NCBI GenBank assembly: GCA_035703635.1
Contig: DASSXV010000023.1
Coordinates: 1 to 64,000, forward strand
Direction: 5' to 3'
Source of the DNA: Trueperaceae bacterium
Lineage (GTDB): Bacteria > Deinococcota > Deinococci > Deinococcales > Trueperaceae
DNA length: 64,000 nt
The translations under genes were made by a program, and so were the position numbers. Under the pieces are notes generated by a model. That model saw only the letters and a program-made list of their open reading frames with translations. It did not search any database and was not told the DNA's origin. Below are positions 55,046-64,000 of this stretch, in pieces (the first letter of the stretch is position 1; every line of letters starts with the position of its first letter).

Positions 55046-55792
55046 TCAGGGGTTGAGGACCCCGAAGTGCGCCCCGTTCTCGTCGCTGAACACGGCCACG
55101 CGCCCCTCCCTAGTGGCTGCCGGCCCGAAGAGCACCGCGCCGCCGCCTGCCTGAACGGCAGCCACGGCTGCGTCGGTGTCGTGAACTTGAAAGTACGGCG
55201 TCCACTCGTCGCGAGCCTGGTAGTCCTGGCGTGGGCTGATCCCGCATGCCGGTTTACCTCCCAGGTTGAGGATGCGCTGCCCACCACTCGTCACTGGCGC
55301 GGCTTCATAGCCGAACAGCCCGCAGTAGAACGCCACTGCCGCCTCGACGTCGGCCACGCTCGCCTCGCACCAGGCGAAGCCGCCGTGCTCCGCGCGCGCC
55401 TCGAAGCCGTGGTTGTGATACGCCTGCCATAGGCCGAACCTAGCCCCACCGGGGGCCTCCGCTAGCGCGATAAGGGCCTGCTGAGGGATCTCGGTTGGTT
55501 CCAAGACGATGATGGCGCCGAGGTCGTTGGCCCTGGCGACAGCCTTACGCACGTCGGCGACCGCGAAGGAGACGGTCCAGCTTGGAGCGGCGTCCGGGCT
55601 CGACAGCGAACCTATGCCCGCCGCGCGCTTCCCCGCCTCGAGGGCAGTGTGATAGTAGCCGAGCTCCGAGGGGGCCACGTTGTACTCCCAACCGAACACG
55701 TGCTGGTAGAAGCCGGCGGTCGCTGGCACGTCAGGCGCAGTAACGTCGGCCCACACCGCTTGGCCAATTCGATCAACGATCTTCTCTGGCAT
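55046..55792 (-). CDS. VOC/glyoxalase family protein (two-domain)
   Basis: Duplicated 'W.D/E....D...A..FY..(V/L)FG' modules. Confidence 0.85.
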   Translation of the reverse strand: MPEKIVDRIGQAVWADVTAPDVPATAGFYQHVFGWEYNVAPSELGYYHTALEAGKRAAGIGSLSSPDAAPSWTVSFAVADVRKAVARANDLGAIIVLEPTEIPQQALIALAEAPGGARFGLWQAYHNHGFEARAEHGGFAWCEASVADVEAAVAFYCGLFGYEAAPVTSGGQRILNLGGKPACGISPRQDYQARDEWTPYFQVHDTDAAVAAVQAGGGAVLFGPAATREGRVAVFSDENGAHFGVLNP

Positions 55793-55910
55793 GACTATCT
55801 CCCCTTAGCTTGCGGCACACTCAAACGTTGGCCGCCTCGCGCACGCGCGAGGCGGCGGTCTCAAGTACATTAGCGCGCCCGCGGCGCTACACTTCTGCCA
55901 TGGCCACACT

Positions 55911-57035
55911 TTGGCGCAGGCGCGAGTGAGGCGGCAGGCCCAACTGGTCACGCCAGGCTCTAGCGGCAACCACGGTGGCAACTCGGGCGCCGGGCCCAGC
56001 GGTTGGCGCGGGGTCGTCGCAGGCTTGCCACCACAAGCGTTCGCGCTCGTGATGGCAACGGGCATCGTCGCCATCGCTTGCGACCTAGTCGGAAAGCGCG
56101 GCGTTGCCCTCACGCTGACCTGGCTCAACCTCGTCACTTACGGGGTCATCTGCTTGCTGCTCGCGCTGCGCCTGATGCTTTACCCGCGCCGTGCGCTGCT
56201 GGACTTCGCCGACCATCACGTTGGACCCGGGTATTTCACGTGGGTGGCGGGCACCGCCGTGCTCGGCGGGCAGGTCCTGCTGCTCCTCGGCGATTACGGC
56301 GTCGCGCGGGTGCTCTGGTGGGTGACGGCGGCGCTCTGGCTTCTAGTCACTTACGGGTTCTTCGCGGCCGTGACGCTCGCGCGGCGCAAGCCGCGCCTCG
56401 ATCGCGCCATCAGCGGAGCGTGGTTGCTCGCCGTCGTAGCTACGCAAGCTGTGGCCTTGTTGGCCGCCCAGCTAGCTAACGCTCGCCCGTGGGGCGGCGA
56501 CGAGTTCGTGTTCGTCGCGCTCTGCTTGTTCCTCGTCGGCGCCGTGCTCTACCTCCTCGTCATCGGCCTGATCTTCTACCGCTTCACGTTCTTGCCCCTC
56601 GACGCCGCGCAGTTGGCGCCGCCCTACTGGATCAACATGGGCGCGCTCGCCATAACCACGCTGACGGGCGCGACGCTCCTCGCTCACCAGGGTGACGCCG
56701 CCTACCTGAGCGCCCTCACCCCGTTCCTATTAGGTTTCACGCTGCTCTTCTGGGCGTTCGGCAGTTGGTGGGTGCCACTGTTGCTCGTGTTCGGCTCGTG
56801 GCGGCACCTCGTGGCGCGCTACCCGCTCCGTTACGAGACCGAGTACTGGGGTCTCGTCTTCCCGCTCGGAATGTACTCTGTCGCCAGTCACCACCTCGCC
56901 GAGCACCTTGGCGTTGGGCTCGTGGCGTGGCTAGCAGGGCTGTTCGCGTGGCTGGCAGCCGCGGCGTGGACGATAACCTACCTTGCGATGTGGGCGTCAG
57001 GCTTCGGCGCGAGAAGCAGGCGCATGCCACGCTGA
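55911..57035 (+). CDS. Tellurite-resistance/dicarboxylate transporter (TDT/SLAC1) family
   Basis: 'FALVMATGIV', 'PPYWINMGALAI', 'YWGLVFPLGMY'. Start is uncertain. Confidence 0.85.
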   Translation: MAQARVRRQAQLVTPGSSGNHGGNSGAGPSGWRGVVAGLPPQAFALVMATGIVAIACDLVGKRGVALTLTWLNLVTYGVICLLLALRLMLYPRRALLDFADHHVGPGYFTWVAGTAVLGGQVLLLLGDYGVARVLWWVTAALWLLVTYGFFAAVTLARRKPRLDRAISGAWLLAVVATQAVALLAAQLANARPWGGDEFVFVALCLFLVGAVLYLLVIGLIFYRFTFLPLDAAQLAPPYWINMGALAITTLTGATLLAHQGDAAYLSALTPFLLGFTLLFWAFGSWWVPLLLVFGSWRHLVARYPLRYETEYWGLVFPLGMYSVASHHLAEHLGVGLVAWLAGLFAWLAAAAWTITYLAMWASGFGARSRRMPR

Positions 57036-57081
57036 GGGTGCGTGACGGCTACTGGCCGCGAACCCGCCCCTCACTGCGAGG

Positions 57082-58410
57082 ATGAAAGCCATGGCCGAAC
57101 TCCTGCACGTCGTCCACTGCGTAGATACTGAGGGGCCGCTCTACGAGTCCCTGGCCGCCACCTTCGAACGGGTGGAGGCCATGACGGGCCAGCGCTTCGA
57201 GCCCACGCGCGCCAACCTCGCCGCGCTGCAGGCGGGACGCATCGACCTCGGCGGGCGAGAAGCCGCCGTCAGCATCGCGCTTGCCCCGCGACTCCTGGCC
57301 TACAACGACGACTGGGGCAAGGTGGACGCCATGCTTGACGAACTCCTCAGCCCCGCTTACCGCCAGCGTTACGCCGACCCGGCAGGCGGGCCGTGGACGT
57401 ACAACTGGTTCTGCGTCGACCACGTTGGCTACACGAGCAACCCACGCAGGCGCGACATGGGTTACCACAACGTCTTCGACCACTATAGAGCGCGCCTAGC
57501 AGGCAGCGACGCGCCAGACGAGATCCACTGGCACGCTCACCCCATGCCGCCCTCCCGCGAAGCCCACCGCAACGCCACTTCCTACCTGCGCTCGCCACAC
57601 ATCTTCGAGACGCTCGCAAGGCGCGTCATCGACCGGGGCTACTTCCCTAGTGTCTTCAGGCCCGGCTTCCACGTCGAACGCGCTGACAGCCACTGGTTGC
57701 TCGAGCAGTACGTGCCGTTCGATTACGCCAACCAGGCTGTCCCCACCGCGGGCCTCGAGGAGGAGCAGGCAGACCTGGCGGGCGGGCGCTGGGGTGACTG
57801 GCGGCGCGCGCCTGACGACTGGTCGCCCTACCACCCGGCGCACGACGACTACCAACGGCCGGGCGCCTGCCGCCGTACCATCTTCCGCTGCCTCAACGTG
57901 GGTACGCGGCTGCGGTTGCTCGACGAGGTCGAAGTGCGGCGCGCTTTCGCGAGGGCTGCCGCTGGGCACACGACCGCCCTGGCGTTCACTAACCACGACT
58001 TCCGCGACATGCGCCCTGACGTGAGCCACGTCCACGAGCTGATTCGTCGTGTGGCAAGCGATTACCCTGGCGTCGCCTGGCGGCATTCCGGGGCGCTCGA
58101 GGCAGCGCGCTCCGTCCTCGGCCTCACGTCGCCCGGACCTTTGACCCTGCAGGTCGACGTAGAGCGCAACGCGTCCGCCATGCGCGTTGCGGTGCGCGCC
58201 AGCCACGCGCTGTTCGGACCGCAACCGTTCTTCGCGGTCAAGCTTCACGACAACCGTTACTCGTTCGACAACCTCGACGTGCAAGAACCGTTCCACGCCT
58301 GGAGTTACGTCTTCGACGAGCAGACGTTCAGGCCGGAGGCGGTGGCGGCGTTCGGGTTCGGCGCAACCGACGCGTACGGACAAGCGGTAACCATGTGCAT
58401 AGACGGCTAG
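57082..58410 (+). CDS. Hypothetical protein, possible polysaccharide-deacetylase-like metallohydrolase fold
   Basis: Long ORF with GC-typical codon use; 'HCVDTEGP', 'HWHAHP', 'FRPG', 'NHDFR'. Confidence 0.55.
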   Translation: MKAMAELLHVVHCVDTEGPLYESLAATFERVEAMTGQRFEPTRANLAALQAGRIDLGGREAAVSIALAPRLLAYNDDWGKVDAMLDELLSPAYRQRYADPAGGPWTYNWFCVDHVGYTSNPRRRDMGYHNVFDHYRARLAGSDAPDEIHWHAHPMPPSREAHRNATSYLRSPHIFETLARRVIDRGYFPSVFRPGFHVERADSHWLLEQYVPFDYANQAVPTAGLEEEQADLAGGRWGDWRRAPDDWSPYHPAHDDYQRPGACRRTIFRCLNVGTRLRLLDEVEVRRAFARAAAGHTTALAFTNHDFRDMRPDVSHVHELIRRVASDYPGVAWRHSGALEAARSVLGLTSPGPLTLQVDVERNASAMRVAVRASHALFGPQPFFAVKLHDNRYSFDNLDVQEPFHAWSYVFDEQTFRPEAVAAFGFGATDAYGQAVTMCIDG

Positions 58411-58419
58411 AGTGGCCCA

Positions 58420-59274
58420 GTGCCAAGTAGCAGCCCCGCCCGCTTCTCGCGTAGGTCGTTCTTGAGAGGCATAGGGTGGGCGGCGGTGGCCGGAGGGCTG
58501 CTCGCGGCAGAATCCGTGCGGGAGGCCTACGCCTTCGAGGTAAGCAGGGAGTTCAGGGCCGTGCGCGGCCTGGTGCAACCCCTCACCGTCTCCTTCCTTA
58601 CGGACTTCCACCTTGGCCCGTACCTCCACGAACGCCAGTTGCGCGCGTGGGTCAGCGCTAGCAACGCCCTTGACCCCGACCTGGTCGTGATCGGCGGCGA
58701 CCTCGTCGACCGCTTCTACGGCGGCGACTTGAGTGAGCTGGTGACCCAAGTCGGGCGCCTGCAGAGCGAACTTGGCGTGCTGGTGGTGGCGGGCAACCAC
58801 GACCGCACGCGCTACCCAGACTTGGCGCCGCTCGTTGCCGCCGTGCAGGCCGCTGGCGCCACCTTCCTCGTCAACCGAGGCGTGCGGGTGCGCGACGACC
58901 TGGTGGTTGGCGGCGTCGACGACTTCAGGCGCGGTCGCCCGAACCTGGCGCGCGCTTTCAGGGACGTGGCCGCTGGCGCTGGCGCGCGCGTGCTCGTGAG
59001 CCACAACCCGGACATCATCCCAACGCTCGGGCCGGACACGGCCGCAGGCAGGCCCGTCGACCTCGTGCTGAGCGGCCACACGCACGGCGGTCAGGTGCGC
59101 CTGCCGTTCGTCGGCCCGCTCGTCACATCGTCGGCGTACGGCGCCCGTTACGCGGAGGGTTGGGTCGAGGCGCCGATGCCCGCGTTCGTGTCGCGCGGCC
59201 TCGGCGTGACGCTCGTGCCGTTCCGCTTGGATTGCGCACCGCAGGTCGTTCTCCTCGACCTGGAACCGGCCTGA
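58420..59274 (+). CDS. Calcineurin-like metallophosphoesterase (YkuE/YaeI-like) with a Tat-like signal
   Basis: 'SRRSFLR', DFH, GDLVD, GNHD, SHNPD, GHTHGGQ. Confidence 0.88.
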   Translation: MPSSSPARFSRRSFLRGIGWAAVAGGLLAAESVREAYAFEVSREFRAVRGLVQPLTVSFLTDFHLGPYLHERQLRAWVSASNALDPDLVVIGGDLVDRFYGGDLSELVTQVGRLQSELGVLVVAGNHDRTRYPDLAPLVAAVQAAGATFLVNRGVRVRDDLVVGGVDDFRRGRPNLARAFRDVAAGAGARVLVSHNPDIIPTLGPDTAAGRPVDLVLSGHTHGGQVRLPFVGPLVTSSAYGARYAEGWVEAPMPAFVSRGLGVTLVPFRLDCAPQVVLLDLEPA

Positions 59275-59278
59275 ACGA

Positions 59279-60586
59279 TCAGTCGACGAGCTCGAGCAGC
59301 CCGGCCGCCAGGCAGCGTTGGGCCGCGCTGTGCAGATCGGCGAGTGGCAGGCCGCTGCGCTCGTGGACGGCTAGGAGGTCATGGTCGCCGTCCGCGAAGT
59401 TGAGCACCCAGAAGATGGCGTCAGCTGCGCCGACGTTGCTCGCCCCGACCGTAAGGTCGGGGTAGAGGCCGCGGCCGCCGAGCTGCGGCTCCCCGAACGG
59501 CGCCAGGCTGCGGTAGCGCGCACCACCTTGCTCGAGGGTGAGGCACAGCGCCTCGCATGCATCGATCGAACCCTGCAAGGCGGCGAACGAGATGAACGCC
59601 TTGTCGTCATCCGAAGTGTGGTACTCGGGGTAGGTGCCGTACATGCTGCGCATGACGCTCCCGACGGGCAGGTCGAAACCGGGCGAGCAGTACTGCCGCT
59701 CGTCTGAGCCCAGCGGCGAGAAGTCGTGCCAGCGCACCTCCCCGAAAGCCGGAAGTGCGGCCACGGCCGCGCGGTCTGCGAGGCTGTCGCCGCGGCGCGA
59801 GCGCTTGTACGTTAGGGCGGCCCTGTCACCAAGGCATGTGAGCACGTACCCGGCGTCTAGCCTCTCGAGCAGGTGCTGACCGCGCATGCTCAGGTAGACG
59901 ATCGCGCCGATCGTTTCCGCCGCGAACACGAACCTGAACCCGAGACGGCGTGTCGGCCACTTGGCGAGGCGCGCGTACAGCCCAGCGGCCACCAGGGGGC
60001 CGGAGAGCTCGTTGTTGGCAAGCGATGGGTGGCACGTGTAGCTGGAGAGCAGCACCTCCCGACCCGACGTGCCGGGCAGCAGGCAGTCAGAGAGGGTCAT
60101 GGCGCCGGGGAACGTCTCCGTGTCGACGACTACCTCGTACTCGCCCTCAGGCAACGCGTCGCGCTGGCGCTGGCTGAGGCAGAAGCCCCAGCGTGGGGCG
60201 TAGTAGCTAGTGGCGTACGGCACGGCGTTGGGCCGAGCTGGTAGCGAGTAGAGGTGGGCGTCAAGCTCTGAGCGCGAGAGGCGCCCGCGAAAAGCGACGG
60301 AGTAGCCGAGCAGGTGCAGGTTGGAGTCGGCGTAGTCGATGACGCGCGTACCGTCGGGGCCGACCACGTAAGCCGCGTTGACGCGCCACTCGAGCGGCAC
60401 GGTCCAGTCGTAGGCCGGCGTGCCGCTGGCAACCTCGTAACGCTCGAGCGGCATGGTCTCGGCCAGCACGTCGTGCGTCTCACGCACGCCAGCGCCGGTC
60501 AAGCTGCGCGCTAGGGGCCAGAGGCGGTCGAAGGTCGCTTCCAGCCAGGCGCGCTCCAGCTCTGCGCTAGTGGCGGCACTGCTCAC
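59279..60586 (-). CDS. DUF4910 family protein (M28-peptidase-like fold with a C-terminal wHTH)
   Basis: 'RSLTGAGVRET', 'CHPSLANNELSGP', 'GSDERQYCSPG', 'YPEYHTSDD'. Confidence 0.85.
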   Translation of the reverse strand: MSSAATSAELERAWLEATFDRLWPLARSLTGAGVRETHDVLAETMPLERYEVASGTPAYDWTVPLEWRVNAAYVVGPDGTRVIDYADSNLHLLGYSVAFRGRLSRSELDAHLYSLPARPNAVPYATSYYAPRWGFCLSQRQRDALPEGEYEVVVDTETFPGAMTLSDCLLPGTSGREVLLSSYTCHPSLANNELSGPLVAAGLYARLAKWPTRRLGFRFVFAAETIGAIVYLSMRGQHLLERLDAGYVLTCLGDRAALTYKRSRRGDSLADRAAVAALPAFGEVRWHDFSPLGSDERQYCSPGFDLPVGSVMRSMYGTYPEYHTSDDDKAFISFAALQGSIDACEALCLTLEQGGARYRSLAPFGEPQLGGRGLYPDLTVGASNVGAADAIFWVLNFADGDHDLLAVHERSGLPLADLHSAAQRCLAAGLLELVD

Positions 60587-61890
60587 ACGGTTATCTCGCC
60601 GCGCTCGCGCTGGTCGGCGCTGGTCGCCGCTCGCGCTCCGGGCACGAGGTCGAACAGCTCGGCGGCGCCAACTCGCTGACGGTCGGCTTGCGCCCTCAGT
60701 CGTTGCCGTAGCGCCGCGCCTGAGTTGATGTGGTCGAGAGCAACGGCTAGGACGTCGGGCACCGCCGCCGTTAGGTCAGAGGCGTCCGCCTGCGGTTGCG
60801 GTAGGCCGAACTCCTCAGCCAAGCCCTTCAGCTTGTGTGAGTTGGTGCTCAGCGGCACGAACGGCGTTCCCCCGAGCAGTCCGAAGATGGCCGGGTGCCA
60901 CCTCCCGCCAACGTACGCCCGCGCGCCGGCCAACAGGTCGACGGCTTGTTGAACTGGGGTCGCCAGCCCGACCAGCGGGAGGCCGTTGTCGGCGGCCAAA
61001 CGCCTGAACACGCGCTCGTCTGGCACGTCAGAAGCGGTGAGCAGTACTCCGACTCCGGCCTTCTTCAGCGCCGCTACAAGCGCTGCATACCCGGAGCTGG
61101 CCTGCTGCAAGCTAGCCGTGCGGGAGAGCAGCGCACTACCCCCGACGGCGACGTAGGGCTCGGCAGGGTCGAAGCGTGCGCTGTCTGGCCATACGTCGAA
61201 GTACCCTGGCCGCCTCACGACGTCGAACCAGGTCTCCCCAGTGACGGGGTGGTAGCTGAAGGCGGCGTCTGGCACGGCGAGTCCAGATGGTAGGAACGGC
61301 GTGCAGGAGACCAGCGAGAGGCGGTCGCGGAACGCGACTAGGTCAAGGCGCGGGTAGATGTGCTCCGCGAGCTCGCGCATGGTCGAGTCGGCGAGGTCGG
61401 CGGTGTGGTTGACGAAACCAACCCACTTCCGGAGCCGCACCTTGGCCACGTACGCGATGAACATGAGGGCCTTGCCGAGGCGTTGCGCGCCGTATATGGC
61501 CCCCTCGCCGTTGATGACGACTCCGTCCGCTTGGCTGAGGCGCGCAAGCACGCTCTCTAGGATCGCGCCTCCGAGCATGGCGTTGGCGGCGGCGTCCAGA
61601 CCAGCGGCGACCTTCGGCACCACGTCTGGCAGGCGCGGCCTCACCTTGTCGAACGCCGACGAAGCAAGGTTCCTGAAGTACGGCCTGCGCGGCGTGTGCT
61701 TGTCCAACCACTCTGCCGTCCGCCGCCAGGAGCGGCGGTCGGCAGGTGTGAAGCCCTGAAGCTCTTCCAGGTAGACGCTCGAGACGATCTCGTGCCCGGC
61801 GCGCTCTAGGCCGTCCTTGAGGGCGCGGCTCGTAGCTCGGCAGCCCCAGTTCGGGTTGTGGCTGGTGTCGTTGACTAGGCATACGCGCAT
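60583..61890 (-). CDS. Polysaccharide pyruvyl transferase family protein
   Basis: 'NDTSHNPNWGCRAT', 'INGEG', 'FRDRLS', 'VPDAAF', 'GGRWH'. ATG at 61890. Confidence 0.75.
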   Translation of the reverse strand: MRVCLVNDTSHNPNWGCRATSRALKDGLERAGHEIVSSVYLEELQGFTPADRRSWRRTAEWLDKHTPRRPYFRNLASSAFDKVRPRLPDVVPKVAAGLDAAANAMLGGAILESVLARLSQADGVVINGEGAIYGAQRLGKALMFIAYVAKVRLRKWVGFVNHTADLADSTMRELAEHIYPRLDLVAFRDRLSLVSCTPFLPSGLAVPDAAFSYHPVTGETWFDVVRRPGYFDVWPDSARFDPAEPYVAVGGSALLSRTASLQQASSGYAALVAALKKAGVGVLLTASDVPDERVFRRLAADNGLPLVGLATPVQQAVDLLAGARAYVGGRWHPAIFGLLGGTPFVPLSTNSHKLKGLAEEFGLPQPQADASDLTAAVPDVLAVALDHINSGAALRQRLRAQADRQRVGAAELFDLVPGARAATSADQRERGEITV

Positions 61891-61900
61891 GGTTGGGGGG

Positions 61901-63097
61901 CTACCTGGTCGCCTCCGCCACGACTTCGGCCACGATGTTCCCGGCCGCATGCAACGACTCAACTGACAGGGTGGGGTGCACTTGGAACATGAGCGACGTG
62001 TCGCCAAGCTCGTGCGCGACGGGCAGCGGCCTGGTTGGGCCCGTTGACGACGCACTGAACGCGAGCTCGCGGTAGATCTCGCTGCAGCTGCCGACGAGGA
62101 CGGGCACTCCGGCATCGTAGATGGTGGTCTGGATGCGGTCACGCGACCAGCCCGGCTTCAACGCCTCCGGGCGCACGTAAGCGTAGAACTTGTAGTACGA
62201 GTGGCGCGTGCTTTCCGGCGGCCGCGGCACGCGCAGCGCGCTGAGCGGCTCGAGGTACGAGCGCAGGATGTCGGCGTTACGCCGCCTGGTGGCGACGGAC
62301 TCGGCTAGCCGCGCGAGCTGGATGCGCCCGATGGCCGCCTGCATCTCCGTCATGCGCCAGTTCGTGCCGAACGACTCGTGGAGCCAGCGGTACCCGCTCG
62401 GGTGCTTGCGGTTGAACACCGCGTCGTAGCTCTTGCCGTGGTCCTTGAACGCCCACGCCGTCTCCCAGCCGTGCTCCTCGTCAAGGGCAAGCAGCCCACC
62501 CTCACCGCCCGTGGTCATGATCTTGTCTTGGCAGAAGGAGAAGGCAGACGCGTGCCCGAGGCTGCCGACGGGCTTGCCCTTGTACTCGGCGCCATGAGCT
62601 TGAGCGCAATCCTCTATCACGGCGAGGCCGTGCTCGGCAGCTAGGTCGTTTATCGGGTCCATGTCGGCTGGCCAACCGGCTAGGTGCACGACGATGATGG
62701 CGCGCGTGCGGGGAGTGATCACCGGCGCGATCGTCTCAGCGGTGATGTTGCCGCTATCAGGGTCGACGTCGGCCAGCACGGGCGTCGCACCGCGCATGAT
62801 GGCGGCGCTGGCGGAAGCGATGAAGGTGCGCGGTGACGTGATCACCTCCGCGCCGGGCCCGATGCCAAGCGCAACCAACGCCAACTCGAGCGCCACCGAA
62901 CCGTTCATCACGGCTACGGCGTGGCGCCGTCCGAGTGAGGCCGCGTACTCGCGTTCGAACGAGAACACTTCCTGACCCGTCCACTGGTTGACCTTGCCAG
63001 AGACGAGGACGCGCTGCACCGCAGCGATCTCGCTGTCGTCGTACTGAGGCCAGGGAGACCAAGCCGACTCAAGCACGTGGTGGGTCAACTGCGACAT
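61901..63097 (-). CDS. DegT/DnrJ/EryC1/StrS family sugar aminotransferase
   Basis: 'IEDCAQAHGA', PLP Lys in 'SFCQDKIMTTGGEGG', 'GTNWRMTE'. Confidence 0.93.
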   Translation of the reverse strand: MSQLTHHVLESAWSPWPQYDDSEIAAVQRVLVSGKVNQWTGQEVFSFEREYAASLGRRHAVAVMNGSVALELALVALGIGPGAEVITSPRTFIASASAAIMRGATPVLADVDPDSGNITAETIAPVITPRTRAIIVVHLAGWPADMDPINDLAAEHGLAVIEDCAQAHGAEYKGKPVGSLGHASAFSFCQDKIMTTGGEGGLLALDEEHGWETAWAFKDHGKSYDAVFNRKHPSGYRWLHESFGTNWRMTEMQAAIGRIQLARLAESVATRRRNADILRSYLEPLSALRVPRPPESTRHSYYKFYAYVRPEALKPGWSRDRIQTTIYDAGVPVLVGSCSEIYRELAFSASSTGPTRPLPVAHELGDTSLMFQVHPTLSVESLHAAGNIVAEVVAEATR

Positions 63098-63101
63098 ACG
63101 C

Positions 63102-63785
63102 TCACTCCTTCTTTGCCTCGTCGGCGGTGATACGCGTAGCCAGCAGGCGTTCGCGCAGGGTCAGTGTCAGTGCGCCCCCGTCGGGCGTGCCGATCAGGCG
63201 CTTGACGCTCGCAACGGCTGTGCGCCAGATGGTGGTCAGTTCGAGCGCAAGCGAGCGGTCCTCCACGTGGACCATCGCGTAGCTCACCTTGGCTGGGACG
63301 AGGACGTTGAGGTAGAAGTCGTCAGGGTCGGAGGCGCCAACGAGCAGTCCCTCCTCGTCGACGAGTTCGAGGCTAGCCACCGACGTCAGCCCGGGCAGGA
63401 CAGTGAGCACGCGCTTCATCTCAGGGGTGTAACCGGCCACTACTTCAGGGACATCTGGGCGCGGACCGACGAGGGCCATCTCGCCTCTCACGACGTTCCA
63501 CAACTGCGGCAGTTCGTCCAACTTGGTACGGCGCAGGATGCGACCTACGCGGGTCACGCGGGCGTCGGCGGCCGTGGTTACGCTGCTACCGAGCTTGTCC
63601 GCACCGGTGACCATGGTCCTGAACTTGAAGATCGTGAACGGCCTGCCGAGGTAGCCGGCGCGCACCTGTCGGAAGAACACGGCGCCGCGGCTATCGAGCC
63701 TGATCACGATGGCTACGGCGAGCAAGACTGGCGCCAGGAGCATGAGGGCCACGGCGGCCACGACGAGGTCGAAGGTCGAGCGCAT
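63102..63785 (-). CDS. Bacterial sugar (phosphoglycosyl) transferase
   Basis: 'KFRTM', '[25 protein letters not shown]'. Confidence 0.92.
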   Translation of the reverse strand: MRSTFDLVVAAVALMLLAPVLLAVAIVIRLDSRGAVFFRQVRAGYLGRPFTIFKFRTMVTGADKLGSSVTTAADARVTRVGRILRRTKLDELPQLWNVVRGEMALVGPRPDVPEVVAGYTPEMKRVLTVLPGLTSVASLELVDEEGLLVGASDPDDFYLNVLVPAKVSYAMVHVEDRSLALELTTIWRTAVASVKRLIGTPDGGALTLTLRERLLATRITADEAKKE

Positions 63786-64000
63786 CAGAGCCCCTCCTTC
63801 ATGGACGGGTGAAGCCGCAGGCCGGGAGCGCCTGACCAGGGTGGAGTGGTGGCCGTGAACGGCAGGCGCCGCAGGAGTAGCGCGGCTGCGCCCAGCAGCG
63901 TGCCAGCGCCGTAGCTCAGGTGGTAAGCGAAGAAGGCGGGCGGCAGTGTCATGACCAGGAGCGCGTCGCGGAAGCGCACGGCCTGCTGCGCGGCAGAGCA
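63785..64000 (-). CDS. 3' end of a membrane-anchored protein, probably a GT2 glycosyltransferase; truncated by the window edge
   Basis: Frame runs off the window; 'FFAYHLSYGAGTLLG' resembles the C-terminal TM region of ExoA-like GT2 enzymes; sits in a polysaccharide operon. Confidence 0.5.
   Translation of the reverse strand, partial: CSAAQQAVRFRDALLVMTLPPAFFAYHLSYGAGTLLGAAALLLRRLPFTATTPPWSGAPGLRLHPSMKEGL

Noticed and set aside
61891-62142. N-terminal extension of the pyruvyl-transferase ORF
   Set aside because: It overlaps the aminotransferase gene. The domain begins at MRVCLVND (61890).
1-64000. tRNA, rRNA, IS, integrase or prophage genes
   Set aside because: None were recognised. There is no transposase or integrase ORF and no obvious compositional break, including around the PA-like gene.

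Overview
High-GC (roughly 70% by eye) bacterial chromosomal window with about 59 densely packed genes. I saw no rRNA, tRNA, CRISPR array or mobile element. Gene content and style suggest a diderm, possibly Deinococcota/Trueperaceae-like (inference only). The window is dominated by nutrient uptake: one osmoprotectant ABC importer, three carbohydrate (CUT1) ABC importers (one Ugp-like) and three peptide/nickel-family ABC importers. It also holds an MMPL/LolA-like/outer-membrane-barrel operon with a TetR regulator and twin operators, a guanidine-III riboswitch upstream of gdx/sugE, a sulfoquinovosidase-type GH31, a deoxyhypusine-synthase-like gene and the distal end of a surface-polysaccharide locus. 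The standout is a ~1470-aa lipoprotein (9009..13424, minus strand). It carries four Ig-like repeats, many Ca-binding DxDxD repeats and a central region that aligns by eye with the pore-forming domains of anthrax protective antigen / binary-toxin B components. It has no recognisable enzymatic A partner, and it is transcribed divergently from a SARP/BTAD-STAND-TPR regulator. A second uncharacterised module (39839..51155) combines a GntR regulator, two cytoplasmic TPR paralogues, a tautomerase homologue lacking Pro-1 and two divergent peptide-family ABC importers. All calls come from motif recognition by eye; no database searches were run.
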